Translations under genes and position numbers: made by a program | IMG/VR virus record: IMGVR_UViG_3300032931_000778 | Coordinates: 1 to 55,733 of that record | Strand: one strand, 5' to 3' | Length of the DNA: 55,733 nucleotides | DNA from: a virus | Lineage: Duplodnaviria > Caudoviricetes | The notes under the pieces: model-generated | What the model was told of the DNA's origin: nothing | The model's database searches: none | Seen by the model: only the letters and a program-made list of their open reading frames with translations | In this document: piece by piece, positions 36,146-45,587 of the stretch | How positions within the stretch are numbered: the first letter of the stretch is position 1 | Layout: the number at the start of each line of letters is the position of its first letter

Positions 36146-36670
36146 TTAGCTGATCGCGCGGGTCCGAGAGGTCTCGAACACGCCACTGTAGGACACCGTA
36201 TCGCTGACCGTCACCAACAGCGTCTCGCTGGCGTCGTACATCTTCCAGGTGATCGTCGTCGGAAATGCGCCAGCATAAGAGATCGTCTTCTCCACGATCT
36301 TCTTCTTCCCCGCCCCGGCCTGGTCGTACCAGACGATCGCCGTGGGGAACACCGTCCCCGTCATCTCCCGGTACGCCCCGCTGGCGAAGCCATCAGCGGG
36401 ACCATGGTCGATAAAATGTATCAGGTGGCGCAGCGCCTTGTGCTGGTCCACCGTGATCCCCTGGCCGCTCACCGTCGCCCACGTCACCGGGCTGTCGTCC
36501 ACCAGCATCCACACCGAGTTGTCATCGAGCTGGCGGGCGAACTTCCCCACGTCGGCCGGGAGCAGGCCCGTCGCGCCCTCGCGCGTGGCCGTGTCCGTGT
36601 ACGAAAACGACAGCGGCGCATGGATCTGCTCGGGGATGAGGTCTTTATGGAGCGAGGTACTCGGCATCAC
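36146..36670 (-). CDS. Hypothetical structural protein
   Basis: AAGGAG SD, GTGA coupling, GC3 bias. Confidence 0.65.
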   Translation of the reverse strand: MMPSTSLHKDLIPEQIHAPLSFSYTDTATREGATGLLPADVGKFARQLDDNSVWMLVDDSPVTWATVSGQGITVDQHKALRHLIHFIDHGPADGFASGAYREMTGTVFPTAIVWYDQAGAGKKKIVEKTISYAGAFPTTITWKMYDASETLLVTVSDTVSYSGVFETSRTRAIS

Positions 36671-37011
36671 GGCTCCTTCTTCACGATGAAACGACCCTGG
36701 TTGTTATACACCAGCCCGCCCCACGTCGTAATAATCAAGATCCCCGGATCGAACGCGCTGGCCTCCCCCTCCAACAACTGGGTCAGCGTGTATGGCCCCC
36801 CCGCCACCTTGTCCGCGAAAAGCATGTCGTCGGTCGCGTCATCCCGCCCGATCCACACGTCCTCATCGTCCGAGGTCGTGCTCTGGATGGTGACCCCGTG
36901 CGCGTCGAGGTAGTCCTCGCTGGGATCCGTCGAGGTCGGCCCGAAGTCCGTCTCCACGCCCCCCGTGCCGGGATCCTCAAGCTTGAGAGGCTGGACGCGA
37001 TCCTTAGCCAC
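36667..37011 (-). CDS. Hypothetical structural protein
   Basis: GGAGG SD, GTG start; acidic. Confidence 0.6.
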   Translation of the reverse strand: MAKDRVQPLKLEDPGTGGVETDFGPTSTDPSEDYLDAHGVTIQSTTSDDEDVWIGRDDATDDMLFADKVAGGPYTLTQLLEGEASAFDPGILIITTWGGLVYNNQGRFIVKKEP

Positions 37012-37019
37012 GATGCCTC

Positions 37020-37880
37020 CTAGTCGATGACGTGCGCATGCGTGCGCCGCTGAAGGACATTATACACAGTCATCGGCGAGACACAGAAGATCTGGGCCAG
37101 GTCGCTCGCGGAATGGGTGCCCTGTGCCATCGACGTGCGGATGTACTGTACGTCTTCATCCAAAAGGAAATAATTGCGCCCGCGCCCCTTCATAACCTTG
37201 TCCTGCATGTTTTCAGCCTGCGTACCCAGTGACAAATGCGCTGGATTCACACACGACGGATTGTCGCACCGATGCAAGATCACCCGCCTATCAGGAATTG
37301 ATCCGTTATGAATCTCCCAAGAAACACGATGCGCCAGCAACTTCCGCTTCCGCTCCGAATCGTAAATCATGCCATACCCAATCCCATTCGTGCTACCCAT
37401 CCACGACCAGCACCCCTCCCCGCGCTCCACGTACTTCCAAAACCGCTCCTGCACAGGAACCGCATCCGGCCCCGTATGCGACCCATTGATCCGCCGCGAT
37501 GTTAGGATCTTCTGGACGTGCTCAGCGGATAACGTCACCCCGCTATGCCAGTGCCGATCCCCCTTGTAAGTCCGGCTCTCCTCGAAAATCCCCAACCGCT
37601 TCAGTTGCCCCAAGATGCGCCTGCGCGTGGTCCCAAAGTGATCCGACAACGCCTGCGGCGACTTGCCACCCTGATACAACGCGGTCAGCTCACCCGCATC
37701 GACGTCCTGCGTCTTGAGCAACATGATGGCCTCCTTACGCGACCGCACCGGAATGCCGTGCCGCCGCAGCTCCTTGCGCACTGAATTTGGAAGCACACCG
37801 ATCTCTGTACCGATCTCAACAGCGCTGCGCTGCTCCTCCACATAACGCTGCAACAGGAATTCACGAGTCAGGGTGGGCAT
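37020..37880 (-). CDS. Free-standing HNH homing endonuclease with N-terminal HTH repeats
   Basis: RFWKYV...CWSW.G....GYG...AHRVSW...HRCDNPSCVNPAHL.LGT..ENMQD; lower GC. Confidence 0.92.
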   Translation of the reverse strand: MPTLTREFLLQRYVEEQRSAVEIGTEIGVLPNSVRKELRRHGIPVRSRKEAIMLLKTQDVDAGELTALYQGGKSPQALSDHFGTTRRRILGQLKRLGIFEESRTYKGDRHWHSGVTLSAEHVQKILTSRRINGSHTGPDAVPVQERFWKYVERGEGCWSWMGSTNGIGYGMIYDSERKRKLLAHRVSWEIHNGSIPDRRVILHRCDNPSCVNPAHLSLGTQAENMQDKVMKGRGRNYFLLDEDVQYIRTSMAQGTHSASDLAQIFCVSPMTVYNVLQRRTHAHVID

Positions 37881-37939
37881 CTTCTCCTCCTTGGTTTTTC
37901 AGAGGAGAAGATACTGAGCGGGTGTTTCTAATTTGTCAA
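37879..37939 (-). promoter_or_regulatory. Promoter TTGACA-17-CAGTAT plus an 11-bp hairpin sequestering the HNH RBS and start codon
   Basis: -35 at 37934-37939, -10 at 37911-37916; ATCTTCTCCTC (37902-37912) pairs perfectly with GAGGAGAAGAT (37879-37889). Confidence 0.7.
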
Positions 37940-37955
37940 TGGTAACTAGGCGGAA

Positions 37956-39362
37956 TTATATCTTTTTCCCCATGTATTGCTTCTGGACTAAGAGAGATCG
38001 CACCGCGCAGGTGAAGCCCATCTGCATGACGTGCTTGCCACCGCCCGGCACGACTTTGGTCAGGCCGCCCGTGGCCGCGACGTACCAGCGGTCGCCCATC
38101 GTCTGATCGGACCCGAACACCGCCGCTGCCACGCCGTCGATCACGACGGGGCAGGTGAACCCATCCGCCCCGCCGAGGTGCGCGATGCCGCACGCGAACG
38201 CCTTGGCGTCGGTATCGGCCCGCGCCTTGGACACCTTGCCTGCGGCTGTCAGGTAGACGGGATCGCCCAGGGCGATGGCCCCGTCGGCGACGAAGTCGTA
38301 CTCCACGCGCTCGGACTCGCCCGCGCCCGGATGGCTATGCAGCGTGGTCGAGCTGCCGTCCACCAACTCGGTCAGGTTGTCCGCCGTGACCAGCGGATCC
38401 ACCGCTGTCCCGCCGATGGTGAACGACGTGGGGAGGCCCAGCACCTTCACGCCGTCGGAGGTGAGCCCCAGGGTGGCGTCGCTGTCCGTGTTGTCCACGA
38501 GGATCGTGAGGCCGTAGGTCGAGGTCTGGTAGCGCGCCAGACCACCGGCAGCCGCCACGGCGACCCGCAGCTTGCCCGAGGCGGTATCCGCATCGAACTC
38601 CAAGCCGGACTTCCGCGAAGCCGTCGGGGCGCCCGCCCCTTGCGCATCCGCGTTGCCGTCGAGTTCGACGTAGACGCTGTTCACGTCGCGCTTGAGGCCC
38701 TGGTCGTAGGTGAGCCCCGGTGCCCCGCTGAACTGGGCGAACTTCAGCGCCGTGGTCTCCATCGTGATCGGCAGTGGCGTCACGAGGGTCCAGCCCGTGT
38801 TCTTGAGCGTGCTGCCGTCCGTGACGAACACGTACAGGCCGGTCGCCATCTCGCCCGCCGCCGCCTGGTCCGCGTCCGTGGCGCGCGTCAACTGGAAGGC
38901 CACATCGACGCCGTTGCCCAGCGCTGAGACGGTGTACACGCCGTTGTCGATATCCGCCGTCGCATCGTCGCCCCCCTGCATGGACACCAACACGCGCTGC
39001 CCGATCGTGGTCAGCAGGTACCCGTCGATGGTGTTGTGCGCCACGGTGAAGTCCGGCGCGGTCAAGGTGTGCCCGACGCCCGTGCCGCCGCCCGACACGT
39101 AGCTCGTCAACTCGGCAGGCGTCTTGACGATGACCGCCTCATGGGGCGTGAGCCCCGAGGCGATGGCATCCACGTAGTTCTTGTTGACCGCCGAATCGCC
39201 CTCGGTGGGGTACGAGATGTTCTTGACCTCGTTGCCGCCGAGGTCGATGTCGCCCCCGAAGGTGGTGCTGGGCAACTGGAGGATGTCCGATCCGGTCGTG
39301 GCCGGATCCAACTCGGACGGATACCCATCCGCATGCAGCTTCAGGACATAGATGTTTGCCAT
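37956..39362 (-). CDS. Head fibre/decoration protein with C-terminal DUF2190-like domain
   Basis: DSAVNKNYVD, GQRVLV..Q...NGVYTV...LTRATDAD, and terminal AIALGDPVY.....V.KA.AD....GIA. Confidence 0.7.
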   Translation of the reverse strand: MANIYVLKLHADGYPSELDPATTGSDILQLPSTTFGGDIDLGGNEVKNISYPTEGDSAVNKNYVDAIASGLTPHEAVIVKTPAELTSYVSGGGTGVGHTLTAPDFTVAHNTIDGYLLTTIGQRVLVSMQGGDDATADIDNGVYTVSALGNGVDVAFQLTRATDADQAAAGEMATGLYVFVTDGSTLKNTGWTLVTPLPITMETTALKFAQFSGAPGLTYDQGLKRDVNSVYVELDGNADAQGAGAPTASRKSGLEFDADTASGKLRVAVAAAGGLARYQTSTYGLTILVDNTDSDATLGLTSDGVKVLGLPTSFTIGGTAVDPLVTADNLTELVDGSSTTLHSHPGAGESERVEYDFVADGAIALGDPVYLTAAGKVSKARADTDAKAFACGIAHLGGADGFTCPVVIDGVAAAVFGSDQTMGDRWYVAATGGLTKVVPGGGKHVMQMGFTCAVRSLLVQKQYMGKKI

Positions 39363-39401
39363 GATGCAACTCCCTTGGCAGCGGCACGCGGCACGTTGCC
39401 T

Positions 39402-39905
39402 CTACGACGAGCGACCCTCCGGCGTCTCCGCACGGTGCCCGTCCATGTTTTTCGACGGATCCACGATTCGGTTCAACGTCCCCACATCGGGGTTGAACGT
39501 GTACTCACTCAAGACGATCCCATAGGCGCGTTCGATGTCCTGTTGCACCCCCAGGTACGCCTCCTTCGCCCGCGCCATCTCCTGTACCAACTGCGCCAGC
39601 GTCGTCGTCCGGCGCTGCGTCAGCTCCCGGATCTGACTATCAAAAGACAACGTGTACGCGGTCTGTTGCGACTGCAACTTCTCCACCACCATCTGAGCAT
39701 AGGCCAACCGCAACACACGCACATGGTCCACGATCCCTCCCATCATCGGCGGGAAATCCGCCGCATCAGGGGGCAACGTGGGCTCTAGCACCGGCAGCAC
39801 ATCACTGACCCGTCCGACCAGATCGGCATCGGTCTTCGCGCCCCCCACCGTCGGGAACAACTTCACCCGCTTCGCCAACTTGGCTAGACTATCTTTCCTC
39901 GGCAT
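39402..39905 (-). CDS. Hypothetical coiled-coil protein
   Basis: AAGGAGG SD; heptad-like middle region. Confidence 0.6.
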   Translation of the reverse strand: MPRKDSLAKLAKRVKLFPTVGGAKTDADLVGRVSDVLPVLEPTLPPDAADFPPMMGGIVDHVRVLRLAYAQMVVEKLQSQQTAYTLSFDSQIRELTQRRTTTLAQLVQEMARAKEAYLGVQQDIERAYGIVLSEYTFNPDVGTLNRIVDPSKNMDGHRAETPEGRSS

Positions 39906-39990
39906 CACACCCTCCTTCAACGTGCTCGCACGCAACCTTCAACCCATGTCATCCACTATTTCCCTTGCCACAACACTAGGCATATCAGCG

Positions 39991-40470
39991 TCAACCAACA
40001 AGCGTGCCTTCCACCGTGATCATCACGCGCGCCGTCGCCGTGGTGTCTGCGCTGGTCACCGTGCCGTATAGCACCGCATCCCCCGCAATGGCCGGCATGA
40101 CCCCACTCGCGGGCGCGAGGGGCAAGCTCTTGCCCGCCGCCGTGACGCCCGTCAGCGCCGTCGCCGCAAGGATGTCCACCCCGCTCACTGTAGTGCCCAC
40201 GGAAACCTCCGCATCGCCCGTCCCCACGGTCAGGCCCGTCGCCACGAGGCGCGAGGGCACGAACTTGCGGGCCTTCTCCCCCTTGAGCTGCAGCGTGAAG
40301 GCGCCCGTCCCACCCGTGAGGACGCTGGCCGCCACGGCCGCGACCTCGATGACCAGCTTGCCGCCCACGCTGGGCACCTCGAACAGCATCGTCTGGGCTG
40401 CCGCCGAAGCGTCGGGATCATCGCTGAAGTGGTGCGTCGGATTGAACAACTCGAATCGCTTGTCTGGCAT
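39991..40470 (-). CDS. Hypothetical virion protein (decoration-like)
   Basis: AGGAGG SD; Ala/Thr/Val-rich beta protein. Confidence 0.6.
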   Translation of the reverse strand: MPDKRFELFNPTHHFSDDPDASAAAQTMLFEVPSVGGKLVIEVAAVAASVLTGGTGAFTLQLKGEKARKFVPSRLVATGLTVGTGDAEVSVGTTVSGVDILAATALTGVTAAGKSLPLAPASGVMPAIAGDAVLYGTVTSADTTATARVMITVEGTLVG

Positions 40471-40515
40471 AACGGCCTCCTGTTGGCCCAGACGCCCGTC
40501 ACGTCGGGGACGTTG

Positions 40516-40947
40516 TCACCCTTGCACAATAGCCCGTTGCGTCAACTGACCCATTTCACCCGTTAAAAATAGCACGTCCCCCGCCACCGGTGCACCGATT
40601 CTCTGGACAATTACCGCGGCAACGTAAGAACCAGGACAGGTCTGCGTGGGGCGCCCATCGAGCCCCACCCACACGAGGCGCACCGGATTGAGCCCACTGT
40701 AGAGCCCGCGCACCATCCCCACGCGCTGCATGATCCCCGTCGTCGGCGTATTCTTGCGAATCAACACCCCAATCGCGGGCATCCGCGTCCCCTGTGTGGG
40801 ATCCGCCCGCGTCACGCGCCAGCGCCCCGTCCCGGTCGCGACGTCACGCAGCGCCAGGCAGTCGCCCACGGCATCGCTCGAGAGGCAGGCCACCGGGATG
40901 GCCTCCTCCGCGTCGGTCCCGAAGCCGAAGCGCGCAACAACCGCCAC
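40516..40947 (-). CDS. DUF2190-like capsid cement/decoration protein
   Basis: VGDCL....V.RAD....PAIGV......G.V.G...GL......G.P; resembles the C-terminus of the 37956 gene. Confidence 0.55.
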   Translation of the reverse strand: MAVVARFGFGTDAEEAIPVACLSSDAVGDCLALRDVATGTGRWRVTRADPTQGTRMPAIGVLIRKNTPTTGIMQRVGMVRGLYSGLNPVRLVWVGLDGRPTQTCPGSYVAAVIVQRIGAPVAGDVLFLTGEMGQLTQRAIVQG

Positions 40948-40971
40948 ACTGCGCCCCTGTCCGCGCCCGCC

Positions 40972-41475
40972 CTATGGCAGGCGGCGCTCCGGCGCGAAGT
41001 GCTCGCGCCGCTTGACGTTGATCGTCCACGCCACCGTCGTCGGCGTGTCCAGGACATTCCCGCTGCGGCCCACCTTCACGACGTCCCAGTAGTGCTCGAA
41101 CACCGCCACCACGTCGTCCTCCTTGGGGGTCGCGCCCATAGGGGCCGCCTGCTCCCAGGCGAGGGCCGCCACGCGTAGGATCGCGTCGTACTCGACCTCC
41201 TGCCCCTCCTCGCGCACGCTGGGCTCGCGGTTCTCGCTCTCCTGGTACTCAACTAGGCACACCACGTCAAAGGGCGCGAACCAGCCCCAGGCCTCGCGGC
41301 CCGGCGCGGGGCCCCCGCCGTACACGGGGTCGCTCGGCTCGTTGTAGAGCGCGTCCACGTGGGCCCCACGGTTCAGGCGGTAGTACTCCGCCGTCGGGCC
41401 CGTCATGGCCTGCCGCTCGGCCTCCAGCTTCTTGAGGTAGGCCGCATCCTCCGCGCCCCGGCACTTGATCGGCAC
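40972..41475 (-). CDS. Head closure/neck protein (T4 gp14-like)
   Basis: YYRL....DALYNE, P..DDVV; position after the gp13-like gene. Confidence 0.6.
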   Translation of the reverse strand: MPIKCRGAEDAAYLKKLEAERQAMTGPTAEYYRLNRGAHVDALYNEPSDPVYGGGPAPGREAWGWFAPFDVVCLVEYQESENREPSVREEGQEVEYDAILRVAALAWEQAAPMGATPKEDDVVAVFEHYWDVVKVGRSGNVLDTPTTVAWTINVKRREHFAPERRLP

Positions 41476-41484
41476 GCGCGCCCC

Positions 41485-41940
41485 CTATGCGTCGAGCAGG
41501 TCTTTGGCCAGCGCGGTGAGCCGCTGCACCACGTCCGGGCGATCCCGCAGCACCGCCGGCATCACGTGAACCGAATACTGCTCGGTCTCCGGCACCAGCG
41601 ACAGCTGCACCTGCCCCGGCAACAGCCAGATCAGCGCCGTGCTGTAGAGCACCTCGGCCTGCTGCCCCATGGGAAAGCGGAAGACCAGCTCGCCGTCCGC
41701 CCACTTGCCCTGCAAGTTCGGCATCGGCTTCGCCTGCACGAGCTTGTTGTCGCCGTGCCAGTACTGGTCGCTCTGGGGCGCGTCCGGCACCTCCTGCAAG
41801 AGGCGGCTCGGGCCGCCCCGCTCCTCGCGCGGCACCGGGGCCACCGCGTCCCCAAGGGCCGCCCGGACATCCGGGGGCAGCGCCGCGTAGGCCGCGTCCA
41901 CATCGCCCATCCAATCATGCACCGGCAATACCATGGTCAC
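41485..41940 (-). CDS. Hypothetical protein
   Basis: GAGGTG SD; GC3 bias. Confidence 0.55.
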   Translation of the reverse strand: MTMVLPVHDWMGDVDAAYAALPPDVRAALGDAVAPVPREERGGPSRLLQEVPDAPQSDQYWHGDNKLVQAKPMPNLQGKWADGELVFRFPMGQQAEVLYSTALIWLLPGQVQLSLVPETEQYSVHVMPAVLRDRPDVVQRLTALAKDLLDA

Positions 41941-41948
41941 ACCTCGCC

Positions 41949-41968
41949 CTGCGCATGCGCATGCGCAG
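41949..41968. repeat. Perfect palindrome CTGCGCATGCGCATGCGCAG, member of a dispersed GCGCAYGCGCRTGCGC family
   Basis: Other copies at 3943-3960, 10095-10112, 13398-13415, 20094-20111, 26231-26248, 29102-29119 and 48979-48996. Confidence 0.8.
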
Positions 41969-41973
41969 TGTCG

Positions 41974-42684
41974 TCATCCCATAAAGAGCGGGATCGGCGG
42001 CGCCAGCTGGCGCGCCTTCTCCTCGCACTTGTCGATCAGCTGCTGCGCATTGCTCAGCAGCGTGTCCCCGTTCATGCTCGTCGACCCGCTCGCCGTTGGG
42101 ATCTCCGCGAACTTCGTGCGGATGTACCCGAGCGTCTCCATGGATTGCGCCAGCGCGTAGTCGAGGAGCAGCTGCTGCTCGTAGCCCTTGAGGTAGCTCA
42201 GCGCGATCGTCGTGGCCAGGTAGAACACCATCACGCGCTCCCCGCTCGCCGGGGCCGGGCTCACGATCAGCTTGCGCCGCGCCCGGTCGTAATCCCACGC
42301 GCGCTCCGCGCTCAGCAACCGCTTGCCCAGCTCTAGGTACTGCATGCGCTGCGCGATGTCGACGTAGCCCTGGTTGGGGGACAGCGCCATGAGATCCGTC
42401 GCGTTCACCTCGACGCCCGCCCACCGGAACATGTCAAACAGGCTGTCGCTCTGCGCCTCGAACACAACGTCCACGGGGACCTCGCAGTCCACCGGCAGAT
42501 CCACCTCCGAGCCGTTGGTGAACGTGATCACCGTCGCCTTCTGGTGCCCCACCCACTGCTGGAGCCACAGGGAGGCGCGCATCACGGCGTCCGCGAGCTG
42601 GTCGTCCGTCAACTCGACGCAGACCACGCCGTCGCCGAGCTTGCGCTTGATGTAGTCGTGCACGGCCTGCTCGGTGAGTGCCAT
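41974..42684 (-). CDS. gp13: Neck/head-tail adaptor (T4 gp13-like)
   Basis: YIKRKLG..V.CVELTDDQL.D, YALA...LG..R.KF..IP..SG...NGD.L. Confidence 0.85.
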   Translation of the reverse strand: MALTEQAVHDYIKRKLGDGVVCVELTDDQLADAVMRASLWLQQWVGHQKATVITFTNGSEVDLPVDCEVPVDVVFEAQSDSLFDMFRWAGVEVNATDLMALSPNQGYVDIAQRMQYLELGKRLLSAERAWDYDRARRKLIVSPAPASGERVMVFYLATTIALSYLKGYEQQLLLDYALAQSMETLGYIRTKFAEIPTASGSTSMNGDTLLSNAQQLIDKCEEKARQLAPPIPLFMG

Positions 42685-42693
42685 CGAGGCTCC

Positions 42694-43362
42694 TTACTGG
42701 GCGCCCAGCGCGTCCATCGCCGCCGCCGCATCGGTCACAGCACCCTCCGCGTCCGCGCCCTCCGCCTCGGCCTCCTCGTCGCCCGCGCCCTCCGCCTCGG
42801 CCTCCTCATCCCCCGCCGCATCCGCCGCGGCCTGCGCCGCCTCGTCCGCGACCTTGGCCGCCTCCGCCGCGTACTTGCCCACGACGCCCATCACGGCCTT
42901 CTGGATGTTGTCCACGATGCCGTAGAGGTCCTCGGCCGGCGCGCCGCCCCGCTTGAGGGCGCCCATCGCCGCCTCGCCCACGGCCGCGAGCACGAGCTGC
43001 ACGCCATCCTCGCCGAACTGGGCCTGCGGGGACACCGCCTGCTGGATGTCCGTCGGGAGATCCTCCGCCGACACCGGGCTGTCGCCCTCCGGCGTCTCCT
43101 TCGCGCTCTGCTCGCGCAGCACCGCGCGGTCCACCCAGAGGTGGCGCGGCACGTCCCCCTCGGGCGCGCGCGGCAGGAACAGGTAGACGTCCTCCCGAAA
43201 GAAGCCCGCCCCGTTGCCGCCCCGCACCACGAGGCCCACGGGCGAGGACATCTCGACCACGCCCTCCGCCACGGGGTACCCGAGCCGCGTCACCACGGTC
43301 ACGCGCTCCCCCGCACCCAGGGTGGCCGCCGCCACCGCCCCATCTAGGCGCCTGCGCCCCAT
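42694..43362 (-). CDS. Hypothetical protein with acidic Ala/Glu repeat tail
   Basis: AGDEEAEAEG repeated; GC3 bias. Confidence 0.55.
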   Translation of the reverse strand: MGRRRLDGAVAAATLGAGERVTVVTRLGYPVAEGVVEMSSPVGLVVRGGNGAGFFREDVYLFLPRAPEGDVPRHLWVDRAVLREQSAKETPEGDSPVSAEDLPTDIQQAVSPQAQFGEDGVQLVLAAVGEAAMGALKRGGAPAEDLYGIVDNIQKAVMGVVGKYAAEAAKVADEAAQAAADAAGDEEAEAEGAGDEEAEAEGADAEGAVTDAAAAMDALGAQ

Positions 43363-43365
43363 CGC

Positions 43366-43770
43366 CTAGCTCCTGCGCCGCGCAGCCCGAGCCGCCTTCG
43401 CAACATCCTCAGGCGCTGCTTCAACAACCGGCGTGGACTCCAGATCCGGCGCTGGGGCTGGTTCCGGCTCCGGGGCTGGTTCCGACTCCGGGACTGACAC
43501 TGGTTCCGGATCCGGGGCTAGCGCTGGCGTAGCCAGGGGCACGACCGCCACAACGGCCGCCTTGAACTGCGCGGCCGCATCGTACACCTCGACCAATAGC
43601 CCCGCCTGGACCCACTGCCCCAGATCGTACGCGGTCTCCACGACCTCGCCGGGCCGCACCATGACGTCCTTGCGCACCGTCACCGCATAGGAAAGCCCCG
43701 GCCGCGTCTCCTGCACGTTTACCGCAAGCGACTGCGCCTTGACCCCCTCAGCCAGTTTGTATTTCATCAC
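43366..43770 (-). CDS. Hypothetical protein with Pro-Glu linker, following the capsid gene
   Basis: GAGGAG SD; PEPAPEPEPAP. Confidence 0.6.
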   Translation of the reverse strand: MMKYKLAEGVKAQSLAVNVQETRPGLSYAVTVRKDVMVRPGEVVETAYDLGQWVQAGLLVEVYDAAAQFKAAVVAVVPLATPALAPDPEPVSVPESEPAPEPEPAPAPDLESTPVVEAAPEDVAKAARAARRRS

Positions 43771-43816
43771 AACCGCTCCTCGTCATGCGCCCCGCGTAGG
43801 GCCTGCGTCTTTGCCC

Positions 43817-43845
43817 ACTATAGCCGCCCCCGCGCGCCTTGTCTA
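43817..43845 (-). promoter_or_regulatory. Sigma70-like promoter TAGACA-17-TATAGT downstream of the capsid gene
   Basis: -35 at 43840-43845, -10 at 43817-43822, exact 17-nt spacer. Confidence 0.7.
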
Positions 43846-43855
43846 ACAAGCACGC

Positions 43856-43882
43856 GCCGCACCCCCTCGCGGGGGCGGGCCG
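43856..43882 (-). terminator. GC-rich hairpin with GCGA tetraloop after the capsid gene (terminator or stabiliser)
   Basis: CCCCC-GCGA-GGGGG core; weak U-tract. Confidence 0.45.
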
Positions 43883-43933
43883 GCAGGCTGGAATAAACGA
43901 GGGGAAATCACGCCGCAATGGCGCGAGGATGGC

Positions 43934-45526
43934 TCAGAAGTTCGAGGTCACGGTCGGGAGCCCGCTGACGGTCACGACGCCGTAGTACTCCGGGCGGAGC
44001 AGCTTGGTGGCGAAGCGCGAGGCGAAGCCCTTTTTGAAGGTGAAGGTGTGCGGGTCCTGCCAGGTCGGGGTGACCTGCAGCGGGATGTACGGCGCGAACA
44101 CGTAGCCCGCGTCGAGGAAGTTGGCACCGCGGAGCCCGACGAGCACCTTGTTGTCGTCCAGGAACGGATCCTGGTAGACCGTGAACTTCCGCATCATCGT
44201 GCCGACCATCTGGATGCCGTAGTCGCTCGTGAGCGGCCCGTAGCTCGGGGGCACGATCTGGCTGGCCCCCATGTCGAAGTCGTGGTGGCTCGTGAGCTGG
44301 CTGAGCAGCGACACGACGGCCGGGCTGGCGACGATGAAGTTCGCCGGCGCGCGCAGCGTGGACTTGTGGATCTTCGCGGCCACCGCGTCGATCTGGGTCA
44401 GGAACGAGCGGATGTTCTCGATCTCGCCCGGCACCGTCGCGCTGTAGCTGAAGGTCGCCTGGTGGGCGGCGCCCGCCACGAGGTCCGTGATGACCTTGCG
44501 GTCGATTTCCAGGGCGATCTCGTTGCTCAGGCCGGCGACCAGCTCGGCCTCCATGTTGAGGCCGTGGAGGGCCCGCAGGTCGTCCATGGCTTCCTGCGAC
44601 CAGCTGGCGCGCAGCTTGTAGGCCTCGGCCGTCACGGTCGACATGGCCATGTCCATGGACACGCCCGGCACCGCGGCGCCGGAGGTCGTGTTCACGAGTT
44701 CCCAGTTCACGTAGTACTGGGCATAGATGACGTGGTTCGCGCTGAAGTTGCAGCCCGCGCCCCCCGCGGTCTTCGGCGTCAGCGTCCAGGCGCCCGTGGA
44801 GGCGACGAAGGTGCCAACGGCATTGCCATGGTTGTCGGTGAGGGCCGTGGAGCCGCCCGTCGGGTCGAGGGTGGCGACCTTGTTCTCGCTGCCCGCCTCG
44901 ACCGTGCGGTAGAAGAGCTTCACCGAGAAGGTGCGCTGGCCGCTGGTGCCCGGCGTGCGGATCGGCTTCCAAGCCGGGATGCGGCAGTTGCCGGCGCCCT
45001 GGTTGAGGGTGCCCGTGGCCGCGCCGGTGTCCGTGCAGAGCACGTCGTAGTCAACGTACTCGGAGGCGTAGTTCTTCGCGAAGTTGCGGATGAGGGCGTC
45101 GCCCGCGCTCAGCTCGCCGTCGTAGCCCTGGCTGTAGGGATAGTCCGTGATGCCGTTGGCCGGGATCTTCGAGCCCTTGCGGCCCTCGTACTTGTAATCC
45201 CAGGTGAAGACCGCGCCGACCGGGGCCGACAGCGGCTGGACCGACGTGATCTGGTTGGCGATCAGGTTGGGGAACACCCGGCGCAGCACCGGGAAGATGT
45301 ACTTGGTGAACGAGCCGACGTTCGTGCTCAGCGCATCCTCGCTGAGGTTCTTCATGTACGTGGCCTGGTTCTCCAGGAGGATGGCGGCGACGCCCTTGGT
45401 GTAGGGGTTGCGCACGCCGTCGGTGCCCTCCAGCAGCTGGCCCCACTTGCGGCTGAGCTGGGAGACGTAGGACTTGTCGGCGACGGTCTTGCCGCCACTC
45501 TCGGTCAGGATGTTGCGAGCTTCCAT
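43934..45526 (-). CDS. gp23: Major capsid protein (T4 gp23 family)
   Basis: KW..LLEG, AILLENQ, RRVFPNLIA....VQP...P.G.VF, KLRASWS.E...DL.A.HG...EAEL...L..EI.LEIDR, DAG..FAPYIPL, DP.TF....GFASRF. Confidence 0.97.
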   Translation of the reverse strand: MEARNILTESGGKTVADKSYVSQLSRKWGQLLEGTDGVRNPYTKGVAAILLENQATYMKNLSEDALSTNVGSFTKYIFPVLRRVFPNLIANQITSVQPLSAPVGAVFTWDYKYEGRKGSKIPANGITDYPYSQGYDGELSAGDALIRNFAKNYASEYVDYDVLCTDTGAATGTLNQGAGNCRIPAWKPIRTPGTSGQRTFSVKLFYRTVEAGSENKVATLDPTGGSTALTDNHGNAVGTFVASTGAWTLTPKTAGGAGCNFSANHVIYAQYYVNWELVNTTSGAAVPGVSMDMAMSTVTAEAYKLRASWSQEAMDDLRALHGLNMEAELVAGLSNEIALEIDRKVITDLVAGAAHQATFSYSATVPGEIENIRSFLTQIDAVAAKIHKSTLRAPANFIVASPAVVSLLSQLTSHHDFDMGASQIVPPSYGPLTSDYGIQMVGTMMRKFTVYQDPFLDDNKVLVGLRGANFLDAGYVFAPYIPLQVTPTWQDPHTFTFKKGFASRFATKLLRPEYYGVVTVSGLPTVTSNF

Positions 45527-45587
45527 GGGTCAGTTCCTCTCGTTGCGATCAAGGTCGTTGTTGTGATGCCGCGCCCCGTGCCCGCCC

